Assembly (NCBI RefSeq): GCF_036321535.1
Contig: NC_087437.1
Location: 70,682,001-70,746,000 of the forward strand
Reading direction: 5' to 3'
Source of the DNA: Camelus dromedarius
Lineage: Eukaryota
DNA: 64,000 bases
Positions 50,146-61,870 of this stretch are shown here, piece after piece (the stretch's first letter is position 1; each line of letters begins with the position of its first letter). The notes below the pieces were generated by a model, which did no database searches, was not told the DNA's origin, and saw only the letters and a list, made by a program, of their open reading frames with translations. The position numbers and the translations under genes are program-made.

Positions 50146-51380
50146 GCATTTATCAAAGATGTGTTGAGATGATTTAATACTCTCTGGAATAAAAACTAAA
50201 AAAAAATTTACTCTGCATTTTTTGACACATTTGTGCATCTTTAAGGGATAACAATTAGGAATATATGGTGGGTCCGTATAATTCCTTTTCAGAGCAGTTC
50301 AAAGAAATCTCATGGTAGTGTTTCCCAACTCTGCTGATGGTACTCTCTTTACTGAAGTTCCTGATGCACACCATCTGAATTTTGAGATCCCTTTCTTCCT
50401 TATTTTGGGGCCATCACCACTATTTGCTGATAATTCTGTCCCCCTGTCAGTCTCCTTATCTAGGAGTGGTTCTCGGAGTTTGTTTCATACACTAAGACCT
50501 TTCTTTATCCATTGGTTCATCGCGTGATTTGCTGCCTCCAAAACAAAATGTCTGTCACCGATTTGTTCTTTACATTGAACCTGGTTTGTCCCTCTGACTG
50601 TTTTGTTTTTCCTCTCCTCTCGCTGTATCACAGTCCAACTGCACAGGGAGAGGTGTTTGAAAGTCTTCTTGGTGGAAAGTGTCACTTCTGATCGAGGTCT
50701 CTGCTGACCTCATTGAGTAGAAATATGGACACAGTCTCACATTTCTCTTGTGCTTCATCTTAAACTTACGTCTCTTTTCTCTTAGCTCTTCTCTACCGAC
50801 ACCCAAGCTCAATTTAAGGAGTGCTTCTCTTTAACCATTTTGTGGCCAGTATTTTGCAGGCTGTACAAGGATACTATTGACCCAAATGTACATTACTGAG
50901 ATATTAGGCTTTTACTTAGAACTATATTATTTTATGGACTATGAGGGTTCCTCTTGCTATTTAATGTAGTGCTTTGCTTTTATTTGTATGTTTGGCTACT
51001 TACCAAATTGGGAAAGCAATACCAAAATACCAGGATTGGTGACCACTGTTTCTTAAATCAAGTTCAGGAGCACATGGGGAAAAAAGATGTTCCAGAGATC
51101 TTAATGAGCATCTTTTCTCCTCCAGGGCTCCGCCAGTGCCCTCTTTCTCTGCCTGTGGTACTCTGATTTGTTCTTGCTATGTTTGGTAGGCTGCTGTTCT
51201 AAGTTTTCCCTTGCTGCTCCTTTTTCTACAATCCTGCAGTCTTCACCCCAGAGCTGATGAGCCGCTTTCACTTTGACCTGCAGTATCTCTGTGAATTGCA
51301 GAGCTGAGCCCTGCCATCTAGACGGCCTTTCTGCTTCATTTTACTCCTGACCTAACCCCCCCCACCCCCTGCTATTCCAG

Positions 51381-51566
51381 GCCTGGCCTCTCATGACCAG
51401 AGACTGCTGACTCATCCTGGCCTGTGCCAAGCTGTGCAGTCGCTTAGCGATGTGGACAGGAGTCGAAGGACTAGAATGAGATCACTGAACTCATTTCACT
51501 TGTTGCTTACGGTACAGTCCAGCATGAGCTGGAAATGTAGGAACCTCAGCCTCCCGAGCAGAAAGA
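51381..51566 (+). other. Candidate exon (186 nt)
   Basis: Branch-point-like cctaac, C-rich pyrimidine tract and ttccag acceptor; donor AGA|GTAAGT; open in one frame but the peptide is not recognised. Confidence 0.35.
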
Positions 51567-52170
51567 GTAAGTAGATTAAACACACCGCATCACCAAGTCC
51601 TCAACAAGCAGCAGTGGGGTGGCGGGCGGGGGCTGGCTTTCTCATGGCCGTGTCTAGGGCATTCCGGTTCATCAGGAATGTTCCTTTGTCCTCTCTTCTT
51701 CCTCTCCTCCACAATCGCACCCTTCCCCCCCCCCCCCTTCCCTGAACTTCCCTTCTGAAAATGTCCGGATGGCACAGCCGTGATCTGGGCAGAAATGAAA
51801 TTTTGCTAATAAGCAGCCTCCACAAGAAACCCTTGAACAGTGACACTGTTGAAACTGCTTAGTTTAGTTTGTCTCCTGGGAACTCACATGAACTTCCCAA
51901 CAGAATTCAAGGGGATAAAAAAACTCTTTTTTGGTTCTCTTTTCCTTTCTGTTTTGAGGGAGGTAGTTTCAGGAGACATGGCTGCATTCTGGTGCGGTGT
52001 AAAGCTTTCCGTCGGGAGACAACAATGTGCGTTCCTCTGGCAGGACGGGATGGGGTTTTTTTTTTTTTTGTTTCTCCTGCTGTTGTTTATTTATAAGACA
52101 TTTCCTCTCAGTTAGTGGAAGTTAGATCGTAAGAGGCTCCAGTGATTTTCCTTCCACCTCCCCTCCCCAG
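51560..52170. promoter_or_regulatory. Candidate promoter/enhancer with weak CpG enrichment
   Basis: No recognisable repeats; locally CpG-enriched; GC-box-containing GGCGGGCGGGGG (51621-51632), C13 tract (51725-51737), FOX-like TGTTTAT and TATTTATAAG at about 52084-52097, Inr-like TCAGTT near 52110. Confidence 0.45.
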
Positions 52171-52310
52171 TTTCTGTGCTTCAGCACTCTGGAACACTGT
52201 GAACTCGACAGACTGCTCAGAGCAGGGCGCTTAGCAGCCAGGCCTGGACACTCTCAACAGACTGTGCTGATTCTCAGTCGACACTCCTTGGATCAGGAAC
52301 CACAGTCCTG
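52171..52310 (+). other. Candidate non-coding exon (or 3' part of a first exon)
   Basis: Acceptor ttttccttccacctcccctccccag and consensus donor CTG|GTGAGT. Confidence 0.45.
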
Positions 52311-52479
52311 GTGAGTGGTGAGGTTCCAGAATTTGATGTGTCAAGGATTCTATTCTTGGTGTCTCTGAGGCAGTCAGGAAATAACGAGTGTTTTTAAAAA
52401 GGAAAAAAAAAATGCAGTTTTTTTTTTTTAAAAGCTACCAAACAATCCAACGGCCTGATGAAGCTTTTACTATGCACAG

Positions 52480-52617
52480 CTGAGAGCACTCTGTGGACAA
52501 TGGCTGAGCCTTGAGTCTGTGCACAGGAGGAGCCTGCAGGCATAGGTTTCATGCTGCCACCGATGGATGTCAGCCTTGACATGCCTAGCAAACACGCTTG
52601 TGGGAGGAGGAAGATAG
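52480..52617 (+). other. Candidate exon or alternative first exon
   Basis: Donor TAG|GTGAGT(GAGT); weaker acceptor gcttttactatgcacag; ATG at 52551 stays open to the donor (MLPPMDVSLDMPSKHACGRRKI), not recognised. Confidence 0.35.
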
Positions 52618-55479
52618 GTGAGTGAGTGGGGTGGGGAGGTGGTATCGAGGTGGCGAGAGGGAGAAGTGAAAGTGGGATTCACCGTTCGCTTGGAGTTTCT
52701 CTCTACCAACTTTTCATGCATCTCTATTCAGTGCATTTACGTTATGCTCAGAATACTTAACGTACCCAGCTAAGCAAGAAAGAAAAGTAGAAGCCTAGCA
52801 AAAGAATATTGTTAATACTGTGCTTCTAAAGATTATTTTTCGAAGAACTGGTTGTTTTAAATGTTAGGGAAACTCCTCCCACCTGACCTTTGGAAAATTT
52901 TATTTGTCACACCCTCTTTATTCTTCTGCCTTCATGGTATCGAACAGAAGAATGCAAGGAGAATCCTTATTTGGTTCCGGGGAAATTTATCATCCTGACA
53001 TAGGAAAACTAGATGACTGTCCTCACAGTATTAAACCCAAATATAGTCTTGTCCTCAATATAAGAGACGCTGATTGAGTGTGCTCTGAGAAGTTGTCGAA
53101 GGAATGGAATGGGGGTGGTTGCATCCTGTCTGATATGAGACTAGCAGAGGAGTCAACAGACCAGCTTTTGGTGCCAATATGTGCCTTTCACGTCCTTGTT
53201 AATAACTTGCACTTTCCCTGGAAGTGGAATTTCAGTCGAATGCATATTTATTTCTTACCATCAGACCTCTACTTGGTTGATCTTTCAGAGGTATTTGATC
53301 TTACTGTGTTTTCTTGTCTTCTTTCCAATTTCAAGAATCCAGCATGTTCCAAAATATTAAGAGTGGAAAAAACAAAAAACAAAAAAACATGGTGGCCATA
53401 AAAGTATCTGACTGTGTGGCAGCATCTGAAGTGAATTGCTCTTTGGAGAGAGGGAGGAGTCTTTGATGTCCCCAATATGGTTCTCATAGGCTAAAACTTC
53501 CAGGAACCACAACCCAGCCTAAGGGGCACTTACTCGATGTTCTTAAATATTTGGAAAGAGATGCTATTTTATTGTTTTAGTTTTTCTTGCTATTAACACA
53601 TTGCCAGTAGATTCCTCCTAAAAGTTGAAAATGCTTTAGCAATAGTTGATTTTACATTTAACCAGATGTGTACTGTGTGTGCCTGTGGTGTGTACTCTTG
53701 TCCAAGCTGGTGTAGTTGTCCAACATGTTACATTGGTACTTAGCTTTGGAATTTTGTTTGCTACTCTGGGCAATTCAGATTCTTAGCCATAGGACTCACC
53801 AGTGCTTATGTGGTCCCACGTTCCCTACAGCCTCATCAGGGTCCATCAGTGACCTTTAGCACAAAGAGTCAGCTTCCTTTCACAGGTTCTATAGTTTGTG
53901 AGGCACATCAGATTCCTGTGCTGCCATCATGATAGGAAGCAGTCTCAGAGTTTTATTAGGACCAGCGTGCTGAAAGTTTAATGGTATATAATGGCCAAAC
54001 TTGCCTGTTTCAGTCAGGCCATGTTGGTTGTGACCATACTACTTGTATGTGTAATGTTTCTTGGGGATTTTCCATTAGTTCTCTTATTTTCAAAAGAAAG
54101 AAGTTGAATGGCAGAATGGTGTTAAATTTTTTTAAATTATGATATAAAAAATCTAACTAGTTTTTACCCCATTACTGCCAAGACCTATATGAGGTTGTTC
54201 CTTCCTCAGTTTTAACACTCAGGCTGTACAGACTCCCAGAACAATTGTCTGTTAATCTCTGGTAGGGGTGATGTCTATTAGGACTACAATAAGGGCAAGT
54301 TGGGTCTCTAACACTTTGAAAACATTTTATTATTGAAATCTTCTAGGCCTGTACATAAAATTTTATAAGCATCTTTAAGTGAAAAATAGGTAAACACAGT
54401 ATCTAAGGGTATATCCCAAGTGATGACATTTTAAAAATACAACCTGCCAGAGAAATTTTCTTTATTGTTGCCAAGATCTGGAGTTCCACGTGGCTGTGGA
54501 AGAATTCCATGGCTAAGTTAGAATTTATAAGTCAGAATTTGATCAATGCCTTTGATAGAAATGCAGGATAATGATACATTTCTTCTGTTTAAATGCCTGT
54601 ATTAATATTACCTGATTTCTTCAATACCTATGTTATAAACCTTCATAGTGTACTGTCAATGATTCGATCTTCCAGTGCTCATCTCCCAAATTCTAATTTC
54701 ATTTCGGAAGATGCATGTTACAAAGTGTATATTTTCTTGCATGTACATTTTATCTGTAAGTACTTCCTATATGTTAAATTCATTAAATTAGGCAGTCACA
54801 ATTAGACACAAATGACATTGCTAAGTAACAGAATTATGATTGCCCCAATAAGAAATTATTCTTTTTTATTTATGTAGAAATGCTTTTGATATTCATTTGA
54901 TGTCTTTGAAAAAGCTACATAGTCTTAAAAGTTAGGAAGAAGGCATTGATTCATTGTATCACACAATTGTGTATGTGTGTTATTTTGTGCATGCTTATAT
55001 TCAGCTATTAAAAATAGGACCAAATGCTAGCTAGGGTTACTTGCCTTTGAATTCAATAAAACCACGAGTGAAATATAGCTGACATTTTATCACACTGACA
55101 ACACAGAAAATTTACACAAATATTTATGAACAGTATCTGCAAAAGGTGAGATTTGGTTAGCTGATAAGATTGGTAATTATCCTTCATCAAATATACATGT
55201 TAGATTATGAACCTAAATTCTGTTATGCACAACTTCAAAATATTATTTGCTATATGTATAAAGTAGTTTAAAATTAAGTAGAAAGAGATTAAATTGCTGT
55301 TAATTATCTTAAAATTGAGAATATATTTAATTATTTACTTTCTTTGTAAGAATTAATTTATATACAAATGACCCAGTTTATTCTAGTTTCTCAGCTATTT
55401 AGCTGTACATTAAATACTTTGATGCTGTATTTACATATCAGCATCAGCAACTATAATTATCCAGATACCTTTTCAACTA

Positions 55480-55624
55480 TCCAGCTAAGGCATATTCTTG
55501 TCAAGTCACACTTTTCTTCTTTGAAGCTTTCCATAATAACCCAAACTAAAAGTAAAACTTCTTCTTCTGACATTAATAGCGTTTAAAAAATCTATAGCTT
55601 TCATTTGGCACTTATCATGTACCA

Positions 55625-55655
<31 letters not shown>

Positions 55656-55770
55656 ATGAAATTACAAGTGGCTAGAAGGCAGGTACTTTGTCAAGCCAAA
55701 GTCAAATTGCCTTAATCTCAATGGAGGATCAGTGAATAGGATGATGCATGAATGAATGAATGGATAAATG
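55480..55770 (+). mobile_element. L2 3' fragments with a (TG)n microsatellite (about 55628-55653)
   Basis: 'tcaagtcacacttttcttctttgaagctttccataataacccaaac...tttggcacttatcatg' and tail 'gcatgaatgaatgaatggataaatgg'. Confidence 0.6.
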
Positions 55771-57479
55771 GTTATCTGTAAGTCAGTGCATTGACAATGA
55801 ATGTCTTGCTTATCATAAGAAAGAAATATGCCCAGAAAACACATCAATAGATTCTTCTATATCTGAACCCCCTTAATTCCCATATTAGATCTTCCAACTA
55901 GCTAACAGCATCTCCAGTCATTTGCCAAGGTAGCTTTTCTAATCTCCACAATGTCCAGGTAATTTCTGATGGGGCATATCTTGAGCTTTCAGTAGCTCCA
56001 TTCATTTTCCAAGACTCCTGAGGGTGGCCACATACCCAGGTTGGTCTGCTCCTACAGTATGAAATTACCAGACTTGCCCATAATGTATCAGATTGACCAA
56101 TGGCTTCTGCAGCTTGTCAGTACTTGCTTACACTCACTCAGTGGTTCTTTCTTTCCTCAAACTCAACCATCCAAGGAGCTCAGGCTGATGTCAGATGTGA
56201 AAAGGCATGAAGACTGGCTACAAATGCCTGTGAACTAGAAAGGAGAAGGGTGGAGCAGACAGCACAATAAAGAGAGGGGCAAGAGGACAGGCAGCCCAAT
56301 CATTTCTACTATCTTAACAAGCACTAATTAAATGCCCTGTTTTAGGCAAATAATAGCTGAAAATAGCCAAGTGCAGTTGTTTCTCTGAGTAAAGAAATTG
56401 GTGGGATCTTTTAGTGCTTCTGCAGTCAGTTAACTGGAGCATAAGAAGGCACATTTGGTGCTGTGGACACATTGGAGGAGAGGGGCCCATTCCAGCACCC
56501 TAAATGGTACCCTGCTGACATAAATAATATCCAGAGACTAGCTTCATATACTACAAACTGGCCTAAAGAAACAATAATTTTAAAAAGTCAAAATGTTTTA
56601 TAAAATTTAATTACATTTTTTTATCAATGGTCAATCCACTTGACAATCCCCAAACTACATCTAATTCTGTCTCCTACACTGAATTCTTTTCTGGAGCTTC
56701 TAATATATATAAATGAAATGTACTAGTTTTATTTCCTTCTCTTTTTATTTGTCCTATTTATCCTCTAGTAAACTGAAATCCTAGATGTGAGCAGCCAGAG
56801 GGAGAAAGAGAAGTGATTCACATAATGGATAATTAACCCTTGAACAATGGAAAGTTAACTCTCCACAGACATGCCAAAAACTGAAATGTTTTGTTGTTAA
56901 ATTTGTTCTCCTTTGGGTGTTAACACATAGAGGACATCTCCATTAGCACAAACTTGGCACCAAACAACCCGTTCATTCTCAAGCTACAAATGCTACACTC
57001 ACCTTCCAGTTCGTTCTGGCAGGATTTGTAGCATGATGTCCTCTTGGGTGGTGATGTACAAACCACTCTGAGGGGCAAAATTGTATGAGTGCCTAATCCA
57101 CTTTTGAAAATGAAAGAAAAGGATCTGTTTTATGAAAAGCCTCTAATAAGGAAAGACACAAATTGTAATAAAAAGTGTTAGCACCTTGCATCTCCTGTTA
57201 ATTGCCTTCCTAGTCAAAAGGAACCAAAATAGTGTAGTAAATGTTAGAGGTACACCAGGAACAGAGTGCAGAGAATTGTCTCTTCCTTTTAATAGTGAGT
57301 TGAAAAGGGTAGCAAACCTTAAACTATCCATATATCCTTAATTTGGGCTCCTAACCTTACTCATCTACTTCATCTGTCTAGTGAGGAGAACAGTACCCAT
57401 TGAACTTATTTATCAGCATTGTTATAAGGATCCAATTATAAAAATTGTCTCTTCATTACATTCATTAAACACGGACTTA

Positions 57480-59200
57480 ACATTCATTCATCCATTTACT
57501 TATTTATTAATGCAAGAAACATTTTAAAATCCGCATCTGTGACAGGTATTATTCTAGAAGCTAAAGATTGATTCATTTATTAACAAATATTTATTAAGTT
57601 GCACATACTGTGCACCTGAAACTTTTCCAAGGGCTGGGATTACTACAGTAAACAAAACAAACAGAAGTCTCTATTCTCATAATACTTTTTGGGCAGAGGA
57701 GAAAGACGACAAACAGGCACATATGTAAAATTTATGGTGTGTTAGATAGTGATAAGTGCTATGGAGAAAAGTGAAAGAAGAAAGAGAAACAGAGATGGAG
57801 ACAGAGAGTGTGCATGTGTGTGTGGGCGCGTGTGTCAGGGATGAGACTGCAATTTTAAACTGGATGAAGTGTGAATGCCTCACCAAGGGGACAACGTTTG
57901 AGAAAGGTGAAGAAGCAAGTTTTGTGGATGTCTGGGTAAGAGCATTTCTGGCCTGAAATCATCAAGTGCAAAGGCCCTGGACAGGAATGTATGGGGCAAG
58001 TTTGGTAATAAGGGAATCTATGTGGCAGGATCAGAGTGGGTGAGCAGGGGAGTGGTAGATGAGGCAGGGGAGGCAGTAGGGGCCTGAGCAGGTAGGCCTT
58101 TATATGCTGTTGTGAAGGTGTTGGCTTTGTCATTGACAGTACAAACATGAGAAGACGTGACCTCGTGTTGCTCGCTGGTGGAGACACAGGTTGGGAAACA
58201 AGTTGTGATAACATCATATGCTAAGTAACGTAATTTAAGGATGCTCGAGGAACCTTCGAGGCACAAAATAGTGACTGTTTACCTGAACTTACCTTGCAGC
58301 AGAGGGTCAGGGAAGGCTTCACAGAAGAGCTAATAAGTCCGTGCTGGGCCTTGAAGAATTTTCCCAGATGGTCAGGGCGAGGAAGAGCATTCAGAAAGGG
58401 GACCAGCAGGGGCAAAGGCACTTAAATAGGAAACAGCATGGCAGAGTTGGGGACCAGTATCACTCACGTTTAGTGAAGGAGTGTGGAGAAATGATGCTAT
58501 AGATGTAGGCAGGGAACAATCATGTTGGGCTTTGATTGCCATGCAAAGAAGTTTTATCATCATGTGGCATTTGGGGAGCCATTGAATGGTTTTAAGTGGA
58601 GAAGGTTAATGATCAAATTGTGTTATGGAAGATCACTCTGGCAGCAGGGCAGAGGATAGATTGGAGGAATGGGAGAATAGAGACAGAAAAATGAGTTAGG
58701 AGGCAACTAAAATTGTTCAGACAGAACACAATGAAGCCCTGAACTAGGACAATAACTATGGGAATAGAGAGGAGGAGACACGTTCGAGAGATAAGAGGCG
58801 GAATGGACACAATTTAATAACCTTTGAGCTGGGCATCAAGAGAAGAAGGAATTTTGGATTGCTGCCAGGTTTCTGCCTTGTACAACTAAGCAAGAAAGGC
58901 TATGAGGAGGAGGTTCCGTAGGCTGGGGAAAGATGATGAATTTGTTTTTGAATGTGTTAACTGTGAGATGCTGGGAAGCATCAGGACCTCTGCCTGGGAG
59001 GCTGTTGGATTTTCTCAGGAACCTGGAGAGAGGTCAGGGATAAAGAGAAGTCTGGCAATCATCTGGATCGTCAGCATCAGGGTAATAGTTAAAATTACTG
59101 AGTGGACTTTTCTCAAGGGAAATGTATTGGTAGAAAGCAAAAGGGAGCAGATCCTTGGAATAAACCACATTTATGGAACAGAGAGAGGAAGAGGCATCTT
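57480..59200 (-). mobile_element. L2 LINE (host copy), interrupted at 57569-58140
   Basis: Tail 'cattcattcatccatt...gacaggtattattctagaagctaaagat' resumes at 58141 'acaaacatgagaagacgtg'; continues 'gtcagggaaggcttcacagaagag...ggggagccattgaatggttttaag...gaagatcactctggcagcag...gatgaatttgtttttgaatgtgtt'. Confidence 0.8.
57569..58140 (-). mobile_element. L2a-like element nested in the host L2
   Basis: Has its own tail 'attcatttattaacaaatatttattaag...acagtaaacaaaacaaacagaagtctc...gatagtgataagtgctatggagaaaa...gatgtctgggtaagagcatttctggc...caagtgcaaaggccctgg'. Confidence 0.8.
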
Positions 59201-61095
59201 AGAGAAGATTATTTTGAGCAACTCTTATGTGCCAGCCATTGTGCTAGATGGTGGAGGAACCAAGAAGACTGGTGCCCACATCCTGCCCTGGAAGTACCAA
59301 CAGTTTGTATAAATATAAGAGGCTATTATTATTACTATCATCACCAACCATGGGACAGTGCTAGCAGAGAAAATGCCCAAGCATAACAGAGAAAATAGTG
59401 CAGAGTGTTTGATGAACATTAAGGGAGATTACAAAAGCAGAATCCTGAAGTTTGCTGCATGTATTTTGCTATACAGTTCATTTCTGATTTCTCTAATACT
59501 TGTATGTGTCTGTTCCAGTGTTAGCATGGGTTCAAGCTATTGGCAAAACAAGCCAGGTGTAAATTATGGTAGAATTGAAATCGATAGCGCTTTGAAGCAC
59601 TGGAGTGCCCAGTTCACATCAGGGCGTGCGTCTGTGTTCACTGAAACATGGCTATCAAGTGCACCCCGAGTCATTAGATGTGTTATCCAGTGAATAACAG
59701 CATAATGATATTTTAGCAGAGCAGCCTTATGATAAATTCTGCTTTAGCGAAACTCCATATACAGAGCAATTTCTCCTGGCCGTGTACATTGCATGGCAAA
59801 GAAAGGATATCCTGCTGCGTATCAGAAGGCTGTAATTTCATTTAGGGGTTCTATTGACATCGTAAACTGCAAGAGCAGAGCTCAAGTGGCTATTTAAGTC
59901 ATAGGAACTCAAGCTAACATTACTGCCTCGTCCTAATCGCCACCTCCAACAGACTCCTGCCTATACATATGTGTTTTATGTTTCTGTCTTTGTGTCTATA
60001 AATACTCAATCACTCCAGGGGCTGAGGAGATAAGCTGTCCTAAAGTATGACAGGTATCTGTCACCTTTGCAGCTGGTCTAGGATAAGGGCTAAAAGCAGT
60101 TATATTATTCATTGAAGGTCAAATGCGAAAAGGGGCCAGAAACCCCCAGCAAGTTCAGAATATAGGTGTTCTTGTTTTCCTGCTTGAAGACATTCTCTAC
60201 TCCGTTTAAGGTCAGAGTCTACCAACCTGTTGTGTCTAGAACAGTAGGGACTTTTAGACTTACCTGTCCATCAGAGTTCACAGCTTATAAGTGCTTGCCC
60301 CATTCTTTCCTCTCTTCACCTTGACCCATGCTCTCTTGTGAAAATGCCAGTACTGGATAGTCTTAGAATAATATGCAGTAAGGAACAAGTTATGCAGTGC
60401 CTTACAAAAGTGATTCCCTAGATGTCTAAAGGGGTCCCTAGAACCCCTAAATGATTCCCATTCTGTCCTGAGACATAGTCCAGCTGAAAATTGGAAGCCA
60501 TAGTTAATTGTCTAATTGAATGTTAATGTTCTAAGGAAAATAACAGTAATAAAATTGCAATTTGTCGAATAGTATTTATCAGATGATGCTTTGGAAATGA
60601 CTTCAGGAGACCAACAAGGAAAGATTCAAAGCAGCATATGTTTCTCTTTGGTTTGTAATGAAAATGTTCATGCCCCTACATTAACAACCAACTTCGTCGA
60701 GAGAGGATACTACAAAATTAGACACTGGAGTTCAAACTCATTCAGTCATTATGGCTGATATTTCACTTAGTCTCTGTCTTTCCTGGCCTTGGGAGTCATC
60801 TGTCTACATACTGTCTTAATTAGAAATCCCTGCAGAATTATCATGTTTCAGAAAATCACAGTAGTAACAGAACTTATGACTCCTCATAAGGTAAATGCAT
60901 TTTAGAGTCATCTTATTCACCCTTATGTCACCTTGTAGAGGAATGGAGGATGGAGAGGCAGAGAGCTAGACTCACAATTAGTGGCTGACTGAGACTAAAG
61001 TTTTTACTTTCCACATTAGCCTGTCCATTGTCCTACTGCTTCATCACAATGTTTCTTTATTGCTTAAATATTGTGATTAAAATTAAGGTCTATAA

Positions 61096-61386
61096 GCTCA
61101 CAGACATAGAAAAAAATTATAGTTACCAAAGGGGAAAGGGCAGGGAGGGATAAATTAGGGATCGGGGATTAACAGACACACATTACTATATATAAAATAG
61201 ATAAACAACAAGGACCTATTGTATAGCAGAGGAAACTATATTCAATATCTTATAATAACCTATAATGGAAAAGAATCCAAAAAAGAATATGTATATATAT
61301 AACTGAATCACTTTCCTGTACACCTGAACCTAACATTGTAAATCAACTACACTTCAATAAAAATTTTTTTTAAAAGATGAGCCAAA
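61096..61386 (+). mobile_element. 5'-truncated cetartiodactyl-type L1 3'UTR
   Basis: 'ctcacagacatagaaaa...gttaccaaaggggaaagg...ataaacaacaaggacctattgtatagcagagg...actgaatcactttcctgtacacctgaa...acattgtaaatcaactacacttcaataaaaa'; 17-bp TSD aaaattaaggtctataa at 61079-61095 and 61387-61403. Confidence 0.92.
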
Positions 61387-61619
61387 AAAATTAAGGTCTA
61401 TAACAGCTGAATCGCTCTCATCTGTTACCATGATATTTTCATTATATTCCTGAGCAACATAGTTTGCCATTGTCACATTTCTGAGAGGTGCTACTGCTCT
61501 AGAAAGAGTATCTGTCCTCAAATAATTTATATCCATGGGAATGTAAAAAAAAAATTATGTAGACATAGATAAGCTCTGACATGAGGAAATACAACTCACC
61601 TATTGTTCTCCTGGATTTA

Positions 61620-61870
61620 GGAAGCAGAGCAGTGATAAGGGGGCAGACTCTCTGGGTTCTACCACTTACTAACTGTGTGACCTTGGGAAAGCTATTTAAT
61701 TCTTGTGCCTCCATTTCTTCATATGTAAAATGGGGATGATGATGATACCTTCATGATAAAATCACTCTGGGAGTAAATGACCTAATAAATGTAGAGGATT
61801 TAAACCAATACTTGGCAAAGTAATATATATCAATCAATAAACATTAGCTGCTATTATAATCACCATTATC
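61620..61870 (+). mobile_element. MIR SINE, near full length
   Basis: 'ctaccacttactaactgtgtgaccttgggaaagctatttaattcttgtgcctccatttcttcatatgtaaaatggggatgatgatgatacct...tcaataaacattagctgctatta'. Confidence 0.9.

Noticed and set aside
58902..59312. Longest ORF in the window (136 aa)
   Set aside because: It lies on the antisense strand of decayed L2 sequence and is a chance ORF.
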